The notes beneath the pieces are model-generated. The model saw nothing but the letters and a program-made list of their open reading frames with translations. It did no database searches and was not told where the DNA came from. From Gnetum montanum (taxonomy: Eukaryota; Plantae; Gnetophyta), in NCBI GenBank assembly GCA_015680685.1, contig MNCI01001832.1:537018-601017 (forward strand): DNA of 64,000 bases, given 5' to 3'. This document shows, in pieces, positions 24,922 to 39,985 of this stretch (position 1 is the stretch's first letter; every line of letters begins with the position of its first letter). A program made the position numbers and the translations under genes.

Positions 24922-27900
24922 TGTTATAATCCTTCCATAAGCCTTGGATATTGCATTATGATTATGATTTGTAAATGTATGTGTGGTATAAGTGGGTTGG
25001 GAATGAGTTGATTAAGAAGTAGATTTATATGTTGTGATGCTTTAGCTATTATGATATGATTATGATGTCTTTACATACTTTTGGTGACCAAAAACATTGA
25101 TGTATGGAACACCACGGGCACATAGCCCTAACCTTAAGTTCATCCAAGGAACTACTACAGGTAGAGATGGGGTCCCTTGAATGGTCTTGTCAATTGAATA
25201 GGGACTTATTGGATGTAACCAGGGTGTAGCATGGTTAGCCACGATGCTGATGCAAAATGGTACTAAGTGTTCAAGCAGTGTTTGCAGTGTCAACAGGGTC
25301 AAGCATAGTCAGGTTTTTTTTGGCAAAAACAAGGGTACTAACATGTGAGGGCCATAGCCCAAGCATAGTTTTAGGTGTGGATATGTGATAGAATAATGAA
25401 AAGTAAAATGTTCAAAATGTAAAGAGAAAGAGAGATGAGCAGAACACCATCCCAAATGGGGTTGAGCATAGTTAACACCAAGGGGGGTTAGAAGGTACAT
25501 GGTGTACAACAGGTGTAGTGGACAGTGTAGTCATAGTCTTGGAGGTGTTTGGCCATGGAGGCTAACATTCCATCATGGTGTCTATGCCTACTGGGTTGGC
25601 AGTCGTAGTGTGTAGTGGACTGTGGTTCCATGTGGTGTCCTACGGTGAACTGTGGTGGTCTGTGGTAGTTTGCAACCTTGCCAAGGTGCCTTTGGTTCCC
25701 TCCCAAGTGATCCATAGGTTTGCAAGTCTATGAAGTCTAAAATGTGCCAATGCGTCAAATTTTCCCACCTTGAAAATGTTGATGGTGGGGGTATTTATAG
25801 GGCTAGGTTTAGCATGAAATGTGAAGCGATTGCTATGTGGTAGAGGGGATGGTTAGGACTACGCTGTTACCTAACTATGCTCTTCATTGAGGCTAGTGGT
25901 GTTGTGCTCTACTATACTTTGCTAGAATTTATGATGTTGAGAGTCTATTACTACATTACCAAGTACATGTATATGCACCGAGAGGACTGCAATGTACTTG
26001 AAAAAATGCAACTTTGGAGACTACACTCCGGGACTATGCTCTCTACTGTCCTATGTGGGGTCAAGCATAGTTACAATTTTGGGGATAAAAGGGATACAAA
26101 AAAGATGCATTTTGCTAACTACAATTGCTACAGATGAGTTTGAGCTAAGCTGAATGCTGGTGCTATGTTGTGGAGGCCTTTGGAGACTCTTCTAGCTGAC
26201 TACACTTGACTACACTTTAGACTAGGGAAGAGCGTAGTCCCACACTTGTTAAATATGACTATGTGTTGACTATGCTATCCACAGGAGGTTGACTACACTC
26301 CTGACTACGAGTGAGCATAGTCCTAGTAGTTGTCAAAAATTGCAAAAACTGACTTCCAGTTGACTATGCTTGACTACACTCTAGGCTGGGGGAGAGCATA
26401 GTCTTGACACTTAGAAAAATTTGCAAAAAATGGGCTTTCATGCTAACTACGGTTAACTATGCTTTGAGGTAGTGGAGAGTGTAGTCTCAACACTTAGAAG
26501 AATTTGCAAAAACTACACCTTCATGTTGACTACACTTGACTACGCTCTAGGGTAGTGGAGAGTGTAGTTTCAACACTTAGTAAAATATGCAAAAAGTGGC
26601 CTTGTGTTGACACTTAGACAAATTTGTAGTTAGGATGCCGTAGTCCAAATTTGGTGGTGTTTTAATACTTAACTAACATGATTATATATACTAGTCATGT
26701 GAGATGTGCTAGATAGATGAAGTAGTTAGCAAGGATAATGGATTGGGGTATAAGAGTAGCTATCTGGTATGTGTGATTTTGATATTTATGCATTTTTATT
26801 GTAGAGCTATGTTGTGTGATGCTTAGATGTGATTTTAGCATGTAGATATGTAATATGTTTAATATGAATTTTGTAGGTTTAAATGAATTTTGATTTAGAG
26901 TCATGGTATTCATGTTATGAGTATTTAAATTTCATAGAAATTAGTAACTTAAAAATATAGAACTTAGTTTTACACATGATGTATGTGATATAGAAAAAAG
27001 TAAGTAATGTAAATGTTAAATTTTATATACTTTTTATATATGAAAACTATAAAACATAAAACTCATCATTGTTACTTTCCTACACTACCTTTCTTCATCA
27101 TTTTATTATGAAAAATAGATTTTCTATTTTTCTTATGAACAAAAATTGATTTTACTCCTATTTTTTTTACTTATTCCATGTAAATATTTCTTGTGAATTT
27201 TTTAAATATGGATTTTAATTTACCCTAAAATTGGACTTGAGACTACTACAGTTGTGTATGGATACGAGACTTAATTGGATTGAAATAAAGTCTTACTAGA
27301 TTTTTAGGAGTTTTATGCTTATTTGGGCCTTTTAAATTTAATATATTTAATTCCTAGGTTGTCTTTAATTTTTATTTTTATTTTTATATTGAATTATTAT
27401 ATATGATCATGCTATCTAGGCATGCAGGACATGTAGGTTAAAGATTGAGTTTTGGATGTATAATTTTGCATATTGCCAATTTTGGTTATATCTTATGGTA
27501 ATTAAATAGTATTATTTTATTATGTTAGTAATAAAATTTAAACATGCATAACCTTGTCTCTAGAAGTTTGATTGAGATGGAATTGATGTTGTTGGAATTG
27601 TCTTCTTATGTACTTTTCAATGATGAAATTTATTTAACCTTTTAGCAACTTTATTTTTTAAAGTTATGTTAGTTCTTATTTTTATCCCATTATATATTTT
27701 TAATTAGGTATGCTAGTAGTAAGAAATTTAGCTACAACATGCTATGTTATTATCTTCATAAAGTATGTGTGATTGTTAAATACAAGTATGATTCTCTTAG
27801 GTTGCAGTAAGTTATAAACTTTTATAAATCTTGGTGTGTACCTATGTTTTAATTACTTTGAGTTCAAAATCCTTGACTATTAGGCTTAAATATATGTGAT

Positions 27901-29173
27901 GATGTTATATGTTGGGCTTGAATGTGTTGTGATTATGACATGTGATGACTTATGCTAGCTTAGATTGGTCCATGTCTTCATAAGGATGTTGGTAGCAATT
28001 GTTGGTAGGTGGTGCTAGCATGAGGCTATGGATTGGTTGGTGATGAGATACCCTATATCTAGGCATGGATTAACCTCCACTATGATGTATTAGTGAGGCT
28101 TCTATATCAAGCCTCATCTTAGGAGTGGGAAAACATAGGTGTGTTTGTTCTTATGATTGATACATAACATAGATATGTATATTCCTATAGCTAATCTTCT
28201 AGGATGCTAGTGCTTATAGATTACAAGTTGATAAATCCTAGAATTAGTTAGGTAAATAAAAGATTGATAAAATACCTCTAGGTAAATGATTGGTTATGAG
28301 TACTCATGCTAATTTTACACATGCTACACGAAGTGCAGATATGCTAGCTATTACATGAGTTATGTGTATATGTTACTATTGCCCTATGAATTATAGTAGT
28401 GATAAATGTATTTTATGGTTGATCTATTAGTATGTAATGAATAGTGTGATGTCTAATTATGTTTTATAAACATGAATGTATGGCTATGATTATGGAATTG
28501 CATGTAGTTTTGTGGTAGGTACATGGTTCCATAGAAGTAATTTTGGTTGTGAATAAAAGTGGTTATATCGATGACTATATATTACTTGTATATGTGTATC
28601 ACTATGTATGCATGTGGTGCTTAGAGCATATATGAGACTTATTTCTGATGCAAGTTGTGTTGTATCTTGTTAATATCCTCTAGTATAGTACTTGTTGGCT
28701 ACTCACTAAGGGAAGTATAACAATTTCTTACTTAGTTTTATATTAATAATATTTATTTACAGGTGATGAGTCTAGTAGTATAGAAGAGAACTAAGAAGGA
28801 GGAGAAGAAGGATGTTTATGAAGATTGATTAATTTTTAGTTATCTATATAGATAGATGAAATGCTAATATTTGTATGACTTGTGTAATGCTTGCATGTAT
28901 ATGATGTATATGTTATATGTATATTGTGAGATCAGAAAAGGTAATTGGTTTATGTAAAGACATATTGTTATGTAGCTAGATGTATGTTTAATTTTTCTGG
29001 AATAGTATGCTTTTTGTTTTATATGATATTGCATTATTGACATCATGTAGATTATTCTTAGTGTATCTCGATATATTTTGGGATTCTTGATTTATCATGG
29101 TTTTGTTTTGTTATTGTTGACAATCCTAGGCATCATTCTATCCTAGCCAAGTGTGGTAGGGTAGGATGTTATA
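24922..29173 (+). repeat. 3' LTR of element A (~4.25 kb)
   Basis: Follows the PPT; TGTTATA at both ends; 26819-28520 aligns with 1-1810. Confidence 0.85.
26197..26650 (+). repeat. ~83-bp tandem repeats with internal GACTACRC...GYGTAGTC inverted motif
   Basis: Units start at 26361, 26444 and 26527, with looser copies upstream to ~25850. Confidence 0.8.
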
Positions 29174-32100
29174 TTTTTCAAGATTGGTTGTAATGGTAAA
29201 ACCTAAAAAGACATTCCCAAAACTATTTAACTTTTTCTTTATACTCTTTTTTCATTGATCTGATGTACTCTAAATTTCTTAATATTATTATTCATTTTTA
29301 GGATTTAAAACCATTCAAAAAAATAAGAAAGCCTTGATTTTAATCTTATTTCTAATATTTGATTACTCTACTTTATTCAAAATGGATTCCTAATGGTCAA
29401 GTCTTGGTAATAGTCGTACTATCATCATTCTAAATAGCCAACCAAAAATCACATCTCAAAATGTACCCTTGATAGCTAATCATGGCTTAGGTCTTAGAGG
29501 GCTATATTTTTAGTATGCTTCACTGTCCACCATTAAACTCAATTACTAAATACCATTACCTTGGTTGAATCCTCTACCATACATGAACTTATGGAATCAA
29601 ATCGAAGATTAAAAATTTATCCTAATCCTATTTTCATAGGGTGGTGATTTAGTGATGTACACTTATTTGTATAGATGTAAGAGTTATTGACATTTTTATG
29701 ATTCTTCCAATCCTTCTAATATGACTACACCACAAGGATGTCATGCTTCATGCCTCCACAAAATTACTAAATTTAAATATTACAATTTTGGCACATATAC
29801 AGTGCAACTCATGTTTCCTAATCCTAGCATTGCAACCTATAACAAATTAAGCTAGGATAGAGAAAGAATAATGATAGTCAATCCAATATTTAATCAACTT
29901 CAGTGCTAGTTCATAAATTAATAAATAGATAACACAAAGTCTCAACAATACCCCTAGATCTAGCAATCCATCTCTACTATCCCCAAACCATGTCGTATAT
30001 CCATCATTCTCATACCAATAATATATTATAACAAAATTTATCATATATCATACATTAATAATAAGGTTACTTATACACAATAAACATCATCAAAAATTCA
30101 TATCATTGAGGTTCTAAATATCTTAACTATATGTTCATGACAATGCATAGTAATCAAACTTTGAAAAATAAGCAATAGGTAAAGATATTCACATGACATG
30201 AAAAAATTGTTAAAATTAAAAATTGAAAACCAAAGCATCAAAATAACCTCACAAAGTCTTGGATCCTTTAGAACTTGAACCAAACCTCACAACCCATATC
30301 TTATCAAACACCAGCTTTCAACATCCTAGAAATCATGGAAGTAAACTAAGAAATAGAGGAAATTGAAGGAAAAAAATGCAATAGAATCCTAAGGTGCATG
30401 ATCCAGAAGGAATAATGGAAAATAAACTATCTTATTTATAAATCAAAATATAAACCATTCTATTTTAGGTTATAATTTTCTAAGATTCCTTATTAGTGTT
30501 CTTCATTCAAACTAATACTGAGGAATCTTCACACTTCCTAACTAGCTCTTAGAACATTCAATCAAGATATCAATTAAACCTATGAATTAAATAATTCATC
30601 CACATCACAATCATAAAACTATATGACCATTTGATACATATCGACCTACTACACACCCAAGCATGCATATCATACTAAACATCATAATACTATAGCATGG
30701 TATATCAAATAACACTGAGTCAAAGTCACATAACATGATCTACTAAGCAACATTAATAACCATATTCATAAAAATCATAATAATAGCACATAGTTCAAGA
30801 GAATACCTACCTAAAATTTAATATTTTCTCATAACACTCATAACCTATTAGCCATAATCAACTTACTACATAGCCAATAAGATTTTTATGCATAATCATG
30901 ATATCATACTCAACGATACATTAGATCATAAGATTTTAGAGAATATATCTTTAAAATAATATAACTATCTAAGTGATACATGTTCTAAAATCAACCCTAG
31001 TCACACAAGCATATATATAATACAATGTCATAGGTTTTTTACAATGAGGGGTTATACTCTCCCTCACTTAAGGATCTTCCATTTTAGAAGATATATAGAT
31101 ATCTATTTCATAATTCAAACTCTACCTTTCATGTGGTCTCTTAGGTACCATGTTATTCCCACAACATCTTCATCATAAGTATTATGATGTTATGAAGTTT
31201 CTAATCTATCTTTTCTATGATTTGCATTGGTCAATCGACATATGCAACATTGGCTATAAGTATACTTGTATTTAATTTACCACATATTGACCATTAGAAA
31301 TATATTTTTACAACATCACATTTTCATAATTAGGCACATATTTTAGTAATATGATACATGAAACATCTTATGAAATGCTACTAGTTGAGGTGGTAATTCC
31401 AAATGATATGTCATCATACCAATCTTCTATAAGATCTTAAATTGGCCATTGTATTTGGATTCTAACTTATTCTATAGGATAACCTCATCAGTTGTTTAGG
31501 GATGATACTTGTAGAAATATAGGATCATTACCAATAAGCTCTAATGATATCCTATGTCAATTGGCATATGCTAAATATCCTATTTTTGTTTCAACTAGTC
31601 CTAAAAAAACAATATCTATTTCATAGTTCCATATGAAGATTCTTGTAAACTATCCTTGTAATAATTGATCCAAATTATCTTTGTATGGTAGTGCATAATC
31701 TCATTACATGCCCATCAAAATATGATTTACCAACTTTTTTTATATATCAGTCTCTAGGATAAACTTATATTTAATTATGTATTTATCTTTCTCTAAAATA
31801 TTCCTTAGAATTAAGACATTAAGATATACTTGTAGTGCCCGAAAACTTTGATCGCTAGAAAAGAACTAAAAATTCTAGGTGGAATAGTTATGACCCTAGA
31901 TTCCAAGGGCCTTTGAGAAATAAGATTGAAGGCACCATGGATGGTCTTATTGATTACACAGGAACTTGGAGAGTGTTAATGAGATAAAAAATTTAAATGA
32001 AAATGCAAATCCAAGGAACAATAAAGGACAAAAATTAATTGTGAAATAAACTTGCAATACAAATGAATTGTAGACTTTATTGAAAATAATAAAATTTCCA

Positions 32101-34289
32101 TAAAAGTAGAGTTTGGATGTGTACAAATTTTCTACTTGAATGCACAAGGAGTTTCTTTAACAAAGCTTGAACCCTGTTAAAGTTGGCAAGTTGTGATCTG
32201 TAGTTAGCTTCATGGTTTAGGTACTTCCAAACTTCAATCATCAAAACTCCTTTAAGGGTTTCTAGCTTAGATTTGTAGCATTGGTGATAAGGAGGATAAA
32301 GGTGTTTGGCTCTTCTAGAATTTGTACACTATGTTGAGAGTCTCAAATGCTTAGTTTGTTACCAAATTACTCAACAAAGCTTTACAAAATGCCAATGGCC
32401 ACAAGTTCTCAAGGTTGAAAAGGTTGTCTAGTCAAAGAAGTTTGGAACCTATCCCAAGCATTTAAAATTTGTTCTTATAGGTCTCATGTTTGCTGGTTTT
32501 GGTGTTGCAAATTTTGACCATGATTATTGATAGATTGATATAATTTTCAAGTGTGGTAGGCCATAATTTCCAATGTAGTTTTTTATTTATGGCAAGTTTT
32601 GATGCACCTAGATCAAAAAAACCACTATGGATACCAAAAATAGTAAACAAATTTTTTAAACTATGATGGATTCACCCATCTATTCTTGCCTTTATGGGAA
32701 CTACGCTAGCATCTTGGGATCCATGCTGAAACTAGTGGAGAAATGTTGGCCTAGTTGAAATAATGAAATCCAAACCACTCTAATGTTGGCTTCATGAGAA
32801 AATAGAAACCTCCACAACCTCAATGTTCGCTTTCAAGCATCCATGCTGAAGGTTATGGGAACTATGCTGGCCATTGTTAGAAAAATGAAAACCCAACAAT
32901 CCCAGCATTGGGAGTAGGTGGTTCTAGCATATTTGAGATTATGGCCCATGTAAAACTTGTGAAAAAGCAAAATTTGGTAGTTCCCAAGGCATTTTTATCC
33001 TTTCCAAGCCAAATGTAGACATTAAATGAATTTTTCCACTTGGAAAGTGAGGCCAAAACAACTTATAAAGCATTTTTTAGTCCCAAAAGCTTAAGTATGC
33101 GACATTACAACTCATGGACTACCAACCTCATAATTTTACAATGAAATTCTAGCCTTAAGTGTAGGGGTGAATGTTACAATGCTAGAAAGGTTACAACATG
33201 CATTTTCTTGGTGGTGTTTCATTGGCCCCTCTTTGTTGATGTTTGAAGGATTGACTTGAGTGACATTGAAAAAGAGTAAAAAACACCACTATAGGTCCAT
33301 CACCAACATTTCCTTCCCATGCTTGATTTTGTAGTGTCAAATCATGTGAAAGAGTGCTTATGATGATGAGATAAGATTACAATGAGATGATGTAGGTTAA
33401 AGGCTATATTTGGTCATGAGAAAATGGTTACAAGGTTAATAATGAGTTTCAAATATTAACATCATGACTATGGTTACTGTTGGCACATTTTGGCCATTTC
33501 ATGGAACAGGCTTTATAAGGTTATGATGATTTTTGAAAAATTTAAAAGAGATTTNTCAAGCTTAATCCTATAAGCACAACTCCAAGAGGACAAGAAAACA
33601 AGACAAAGAAAACATGTTGTTACAATATGATGCATAGGGCCACATGAGAAAACTAGCAAACTAGGTCACTATAGATCATTATAATTATAGCATAGAGATA
33701 TCTATATGATGTACATTAGATTTACAAAGCTTACAATTCATTCATTGTGCAAAATAGAGAGATAGAGATGAAGCAGGTAGGCTTGCTTCTTGTAGACTAT
33801 TGGAGTGATCAACATCAGTCATTTGTCCCAACCTATTATCAATGATAGACAAAACTACAAGTAAACATGTGAGTGTTAGATGTAACTAGGGCTAAGTGAT
33901 GGATTTGATGTTATCTTGGAGGACCTTGGTGATGTCTTGAGCCTATTGAGGTTCTAATGAGAAACTTAGTTTCAATATTTTCTCCTCACCACTATGTGTC
34001 ATGATAGGAACCTTAACTAGAGAGTCTTTAGTAATGTTGCCAGCCTCAAGGTCAAGGATTTTAATTAGGTTTTCTAGTCACTTGAGAGCTTTCTCTATTG
34101 AGGCTATGTGGTTGATGAGACTCTCAAGCTCAAGACCTAAATGATTAAGATCAACACATCATTCAACATCACCATAAGGTTTGCTTAGGCTCAAAGGTAA
34201 ATTTATTTTACTATAGGTGTCCATACTCCAATCCTACGTATCAACCATAAGCATATTAAGTGACACCTATATGATAAAATGAGCAAATA

Positions 34290-35150
34290 GTGCCAAAATA
34301 ATGTAAAATACTCTATCAATAATGCATAAATAAGCCAAAACATGCTTCATTAATGGTCAAACAAGGTTTAAACAAGATCAACAAAGGCTATAAGTGGTAG
34401 GTGAAGACAAATAAGATGAAACAAAGGCTAAATAAGGTTAAATGAAGGCCAAAGGATGGTTGAATGTGGTCAAGTAAAGACCAAATGATGGTCAAACTTC
34501 ATCTACTAAAATCAAGCAAGGTCAACACATGATCAACAGGGACCATAAAAGGAGAGGCAAGATAGGTAAGATGCATTAAAGGCCAAACAACATGAAATAA
34601 GGCTAAGTAGATATCAAATGATAGTAAAATGAGTGAAAATGATGGTCTAACGAGGCCAAACGAGGGTCAAATGATGGTTAAGTACCAAATGATGTCAAAC
34701 AAGGCCAAAATGAGGCTAAACAAGGGTCAAATGATGTCAAAAAGGCTAAAACATGGTCAAAATGGTCATAGGGGATAGGATAATGTAGGTGGGGTAAACC
34801 AAAGATTAACTAGCATGAAATCAAGCCAAATGAGGTAAAATGGAGTCCAAGTGATGATCAAACCCCATCAAATAATGTTTTGAAGGGTCATACAAAATCA
34901 CGGTGATGTTCAATGATGTTAAATGATGTCAAACCAAGTTCAATAAGATCAAAAGATGCCAAATGATAGGAAAATTTGGGGTGGAACAAGGCCCAACTAA
35001 AAAGAAAATGATGAAAATTAATCCAAATGACAACAAATGATAGGGCATAAAAGGTCAATAATGCATACTAAGTTAAAACCAAGTTAAAACATAATGAAAT
35101 AAGGCCAAACTAGTCAAGGTAGATAAAATAGGGTAAAACATGATCAATAT
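34290..35150. repeat. Degenerate low-complexity array (GGTCAAA / AAGGCTAAA) in the Ogre 3' UTR
   Basis: Dense recurrence of ggtcaaa, aaggcta and aaatgatg motifs. Confidence 0.7.
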
Positions 35151-35349
35151 TGATAAAGAAAGGTTATATTTTGCTAGTTTTAGGCCTTAGTGGGCCATGG
35201 TGTGAGGTTGTAGGGTCGATGGAGGAGTTTGGTCAATGGGGGAGTTTTGGGATTTTGATGGTCCAAATTGATAGAGCAGTGGATCAAGAGTAAAGATTGA
35301 TGAACTTTGGTGTTCATTTGATCATCTAGAAGCTACAAAATGCTACCTA

Positions 35350-36780
35350 GAACTATCAACTACATTGGGAATATGTTGGCTAGCATGGCTCTATCATATT
35401 TTCATGAGAAAAATGGATTTGTTGTGTCATAGGATGAAAATTCACATCTCATTAGCTCCCTAGGATAGAGAAGGAATATTAGGATTATCAATTGATTATT
35501 TTAAGGTTGAAATAGGCTTTTGGAAGTAAAATTTAGAACCATGCCCTCTTGGACTATGCTAGCTAGCATAGTTGGGGATGGCCCTAGTGTGGATGAACAA
35601 AAAATGATGTTTTTATGATCAAAACAAGGATAAATTGTAGTTGGCTTTAGGGTTTTAGGATTTTAGGCTTTCCTAATCTAGTTTTAGCCCATTTGGAATG
35701 TGGTAGTGCTAGTAAAGCTATTTTGGAACCTTAACTACACTAGAGACACATTGGCCAATGTGGCTCTGACCTTTCCCAGCGTAGTTACACCTGATTTTTG
35801 GTTTTTGATGGGTTTTGGTGATGAATCAACAAGGTTTTTGAGTTCTCGATGTTACTGGTGCTCATGGCTAGGGTTTAGGCTTAAAATTGTTGATTTTGAT
35901 GGTCATTTGGACTTTGATATGGTCATCCCCTGCTAGAGTACTCTAGCTAGCATAGTCCTAACATGGATGGGAGGGATATGATGGATTTTTTCTGTTTCTA
36001 ACTCTATTTATAGGGTTTGATGATCTTTGATGGATTTAGTAGGGTTCTAGGGTTGGGATGATGCATCTAGATGTTGATTTGACTTATTTTGACATATTTT
36101 TATGTTTTCATGGATGAAACACAATAGGACTATGTTGGCTAACATAGTTCCAAGCCTCCTCAACATGGTTCCAAGGTTGAAGTAGGTTTTGAATTATTTT
36201 TGGTTAGTTCTTTGGCATTTTAAGGTTGTTGGAGACCCCAAAAGGTGTGAAGGCATAAAATATGCTACTTTGAAGGTAATTGTTGGCATTTAGTGGTCAA
36301 ACTTCAACCAAAAATGCTAGGACAATGCTAGCTAGCATAGTTGGAATGCCCCCTAACACGATTCCAAGGTTAGGATGGGGTTTTAATTAATTTTTTCCCA
36401 GTTATTCAACATTTTAGGATGACGAGAGACTTTGGGAATGTGTAAAGATCAAGAGATGCCACTTTGAGGGTATTCAAGATATTTAATGGTCATACCCCTA
36501 TCAACCACACTAGGACTACATTGGCTAGCATGGTTGGGGTGTCCCTTAGTGTATTTCATCTAAAATACATGATGTTTTATATTTTTGATGCGTTTTAGGA
36601 GGTTTTGGAGCTACTGGAGGCTCCAGCTAGGGTGTAGGGCTTGGTGTGATCATTATTGAGTTGATTAGAAGCTTAGTTGGTGTTTGAAACCTTCATCCCC
36701 TTTAGAACTATGCTATCTAGCATAAATGGACTCTTGGCGAATGTAGTTGTCAAAAATAACTAATTTTGCTAGGGGTTTTA
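35350..36780. repeat. ~192-bp tandem repeat, about 8 units, each with the palindrome CTATGCTAGCTAGCATAG
   Basis: Motif copies at ~35368, 35551, 35744, 35938, 36127, 36320, 36513 and 36705. Confidence 0.8.
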
Positions 36781-39700
36781 ACCTTCCTTGGTGTTTGGTA
36801 TCTTCCATTGTCAACACCTTCTAGTTTCTAATTTTGAAATGAGGGTTTTTGGCTTCAACAGGTTGTGGATGGATGGCTAGGGGGTAAGGCTTAGCAGTGG
36901 TTGAGGCTTGGAATGCATTACAAGGCTTTTTGGAAACTTAATACCATCATATTTTTTGTCAAAATGCCTAAATCATCCTATATTAGGATTTTTATTGGTT
37001 TATTTGGGAGGCACTTGGTGGGGCACATCCAAATTTAAATTGTTAAAATAAAATAATTTTCCCACTAACCCAACATAGTTCCCACCTTCTAATTATGAAC
37101 ATGGAGTTATGTGAAAGTTGTGTGCATGTTTTGGGAAGGGTATTTTTTTTATCATCAATGCATAAGCTTGGGAGTAATCTTCACATTACAATTTTACCAA
37201 AACCAATTTTTCAAGCCCATTCCTACTAGGAAACATAGAGAATCAAAGCTTTTACATTAATTCTAGCATTAATCCTTGCCCATCCATAATGTTGCTTAAT
37301 CATTCTACATCAACAAGTAGCATAGTTACAGGAAGATTGAAGGATTTTGAAGATTTCTTGCAGTGTTGATCAAAGATGTGTAAGAGAAGGGTGACTACAA
37401 GCAAAAATCTAGCTTTGTAAGAGGAAAACACTATTGCCAAAAGGGTTTCAAGTCTACCATGGTTTGTACTAGGAAACGAATCCTCCACCATGATTGCCAG
37501 GTACATCATTCCTAGCCATATTTTGTAGCTTTTTTCTTAAACCTAGGCATTTTGTCTTATGTAGGCTTGTTGTTTGAATATAATTTGTTTTTGTAAAATT
37601 CCTACATTGTATTTAGGTTATGGTTATGTGTTCAATGCATTATTTTTGGGTTAGGACTTGGTCATATTAAGTTATGAATTTTTATTTGGCCTTTTTTTGT
37701 GTGTTTTTTTTTGCCATTTTTCATGAAAAAGAAACACTAATTTTATATTGTTTTAAAAGAAAATGACATGGAACTTTTGGTTTATGGGGTCATAGGGCTA
37801 TTTCATACTATTTACTAATTGAACTAGTTGTGTAATCACTAAAATTTGGCCTATGGTCAATTTTATATAAATTTTTCCATAGGACAATGCATAGTGAAAT
37901 TTTGGGATTTTATTGTTTTTACCCCCTCAAAATTGACAATGTTGACAATTGAAAATTTTTTTCTACCAATGTCCCAACTTCATAGGAATGTTTGAGGTCA
38001 TCTAGAAAATTTTGGCATTAGTTTTAGTTTTTTTAAATTTTTTTTTCATATTTTTTCTAGCTCTCACGGTATCTATTTTTTCTATAGTCTGATATTTTTG
38101 TAAAATTTTAAAGTAGTTTTGGGTTGTTGTATAAATTTTTCCCAAGATTGGAACTATAGTGTTGATGTAAAATTTTGATATATGTGTAGTGTTTAGACTT
38201 AGAAATGTTTTTTAGTAAACATTTGTCATTTTTTAGTTGATGTTAATTGCCCTATACAATTGCAATTTTAACTATTGGAACTACAAATCCCCTAGGTTGT
38301 ATGAGTAGACTTGGTCTATTTTTGGTAATTTTTTATGGATTTTTTATGTCTCTACTAGTTATTTACATGTTGTGTGTTTATTTCCAATATGTTTTATAAT
38401 TTTTCAAAATTTTTAACTAGTCTCCCTAGAGTTTTTACTATAGCTAATTTCACTGTAAACTAGGATCTCTAGTTGAAATTCTGTTAAATTTGAGTTGGAG
38501 TTTTGGTAACTATTGTTGGGGTTATATTTTGGTACAAGCTAATTCCCATGATTCCAATTTTTTTACACAAAAATTTTGCAATTTTATGTATATTTTCACC
38601 ATGAGATTTCCATCCATGTTAATGGGATACTTAGACTCTTTATTTAATTTTTGGTTAAATTTTTTTTTTGTTTTAAAGGTTCAAAATTGTGAATTTTGTT
38701 GTTTGGTTTAATGTGAAAATGTTGACATTATGGTTGTAATTTTTGGTTATTTAATGATTTTAAAATTTTAGCTATGATCATGTGAGGTCTTAATGGTCAT
38801 TGTTGGATTATGTAGGGCCTTCCTAAAACTCATTTTGGTGGTGATCAAGTTGGTTGGGCTCTTGTGTTGCATCCATACAATAGGGCCCAACACCCCACCC
38901 ATTAACATGGTGTTGGAGCATGTCTTGCTTTGCTTTAGGCTGTAGACCAACGAGTTTCTAGCCTACCTGCTGTAGAATTTTAGTGTGATGGTGTGGTCAT
39001 ACTTAGCATCTAAAAGAATGGTCGTAATTATGGAAACCTTACTATCCCACTCTACCAGCTTGATTGTCAAGTTCATAATTGATGATCCTAATACTCATGT
39101 TGAGGGTGAACAATTTGACAACATATACACCAGGGGCATATGTTAGTTGTTCAAGGTCTAGGGTATGCTTAAATTTGTACAATGATAACAAAACATTACT
39201 GGTTGGTGACTACATCAACACTATATTCTAGAATCCTCCTAGTACCATCTACTATGTGGAAGGGTAATTATAACTTTAAGTTTTTGGCTTACTTGTCAGT
39301 TTCATTAGGCTACTTGGGTTTAGTAATTTTTTTTGGGTTGGCATTCTTGCAGGTACAAGGTAGATGACCAAGGGTTAATTAAGAGTGACCAACTCCTATC
39401 CTTGACTCAAACAACCTTGGAGGTCTTTGCCAAAAGCCTAGTAGTGAGGCTTGCAATGATGAAGTAGCTCAAGGATGACTTTGGTAGGTGCACATGATGA
39501 AGTATCCTTGATTTGGATGCATAGACATGTATACCTCTTAGGGTTTCCATGCTACCCTTACTCAATAAGCAAAGTAAGAATTTTATTTTGTTTCATTTTA
39601 TTTTTTATTTATGTAATGTCAACATTTGATATTTACATAGTTGTTAAGCTATTTAGGATTTAATTATTTTACTAGTTTTATTGGTATGACCATAAGTTTT

Positions 39701-39985
39701 GTTTTAATTCGTTATACTTGTTGCATATTTTATTAGTTTTGTATAATGTGCCCATGCCAAAGCTAATGGGTTATCTTCATTGCATTGCAGGGGTTGCACC
39801 ATCATTCACCATAGCCATGATTACTTTAGGACATGTTGAGGAGACACTCATCCACAAGTTTGGTGAGGTGAATGTAGTGCAACATTGTTTGACCAATCAA
39901 GCACCTAGGGAGATCCAATTGAGGATTTCTAATGTAGGTTTGCTTAATCTGTTCATGGCTCCTAGCCCAACCATTCCTACCCTTN

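Larger units (their letters stand above)
1..29173 (+). mobile_element. Decayed Ty3/gypsy chromovirus (Tekay/Del-like), element A; 5' LTR starts before the window; interrupted by four insertions
   Basis: 1-1818, 2625-2670 and 9898-10042 align with the 3' LTR 24922-29173 (both end ...AGGGTAG[A/G]ATGTTATA). Degenerate tRNA-iMet PBS (tagtattaaagt, 10046-10057), PPT aaggagggtagag (24909-24921). Domain order is gag-PR-RT-RH-IN-chromodomain. Confidence 0.85.
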
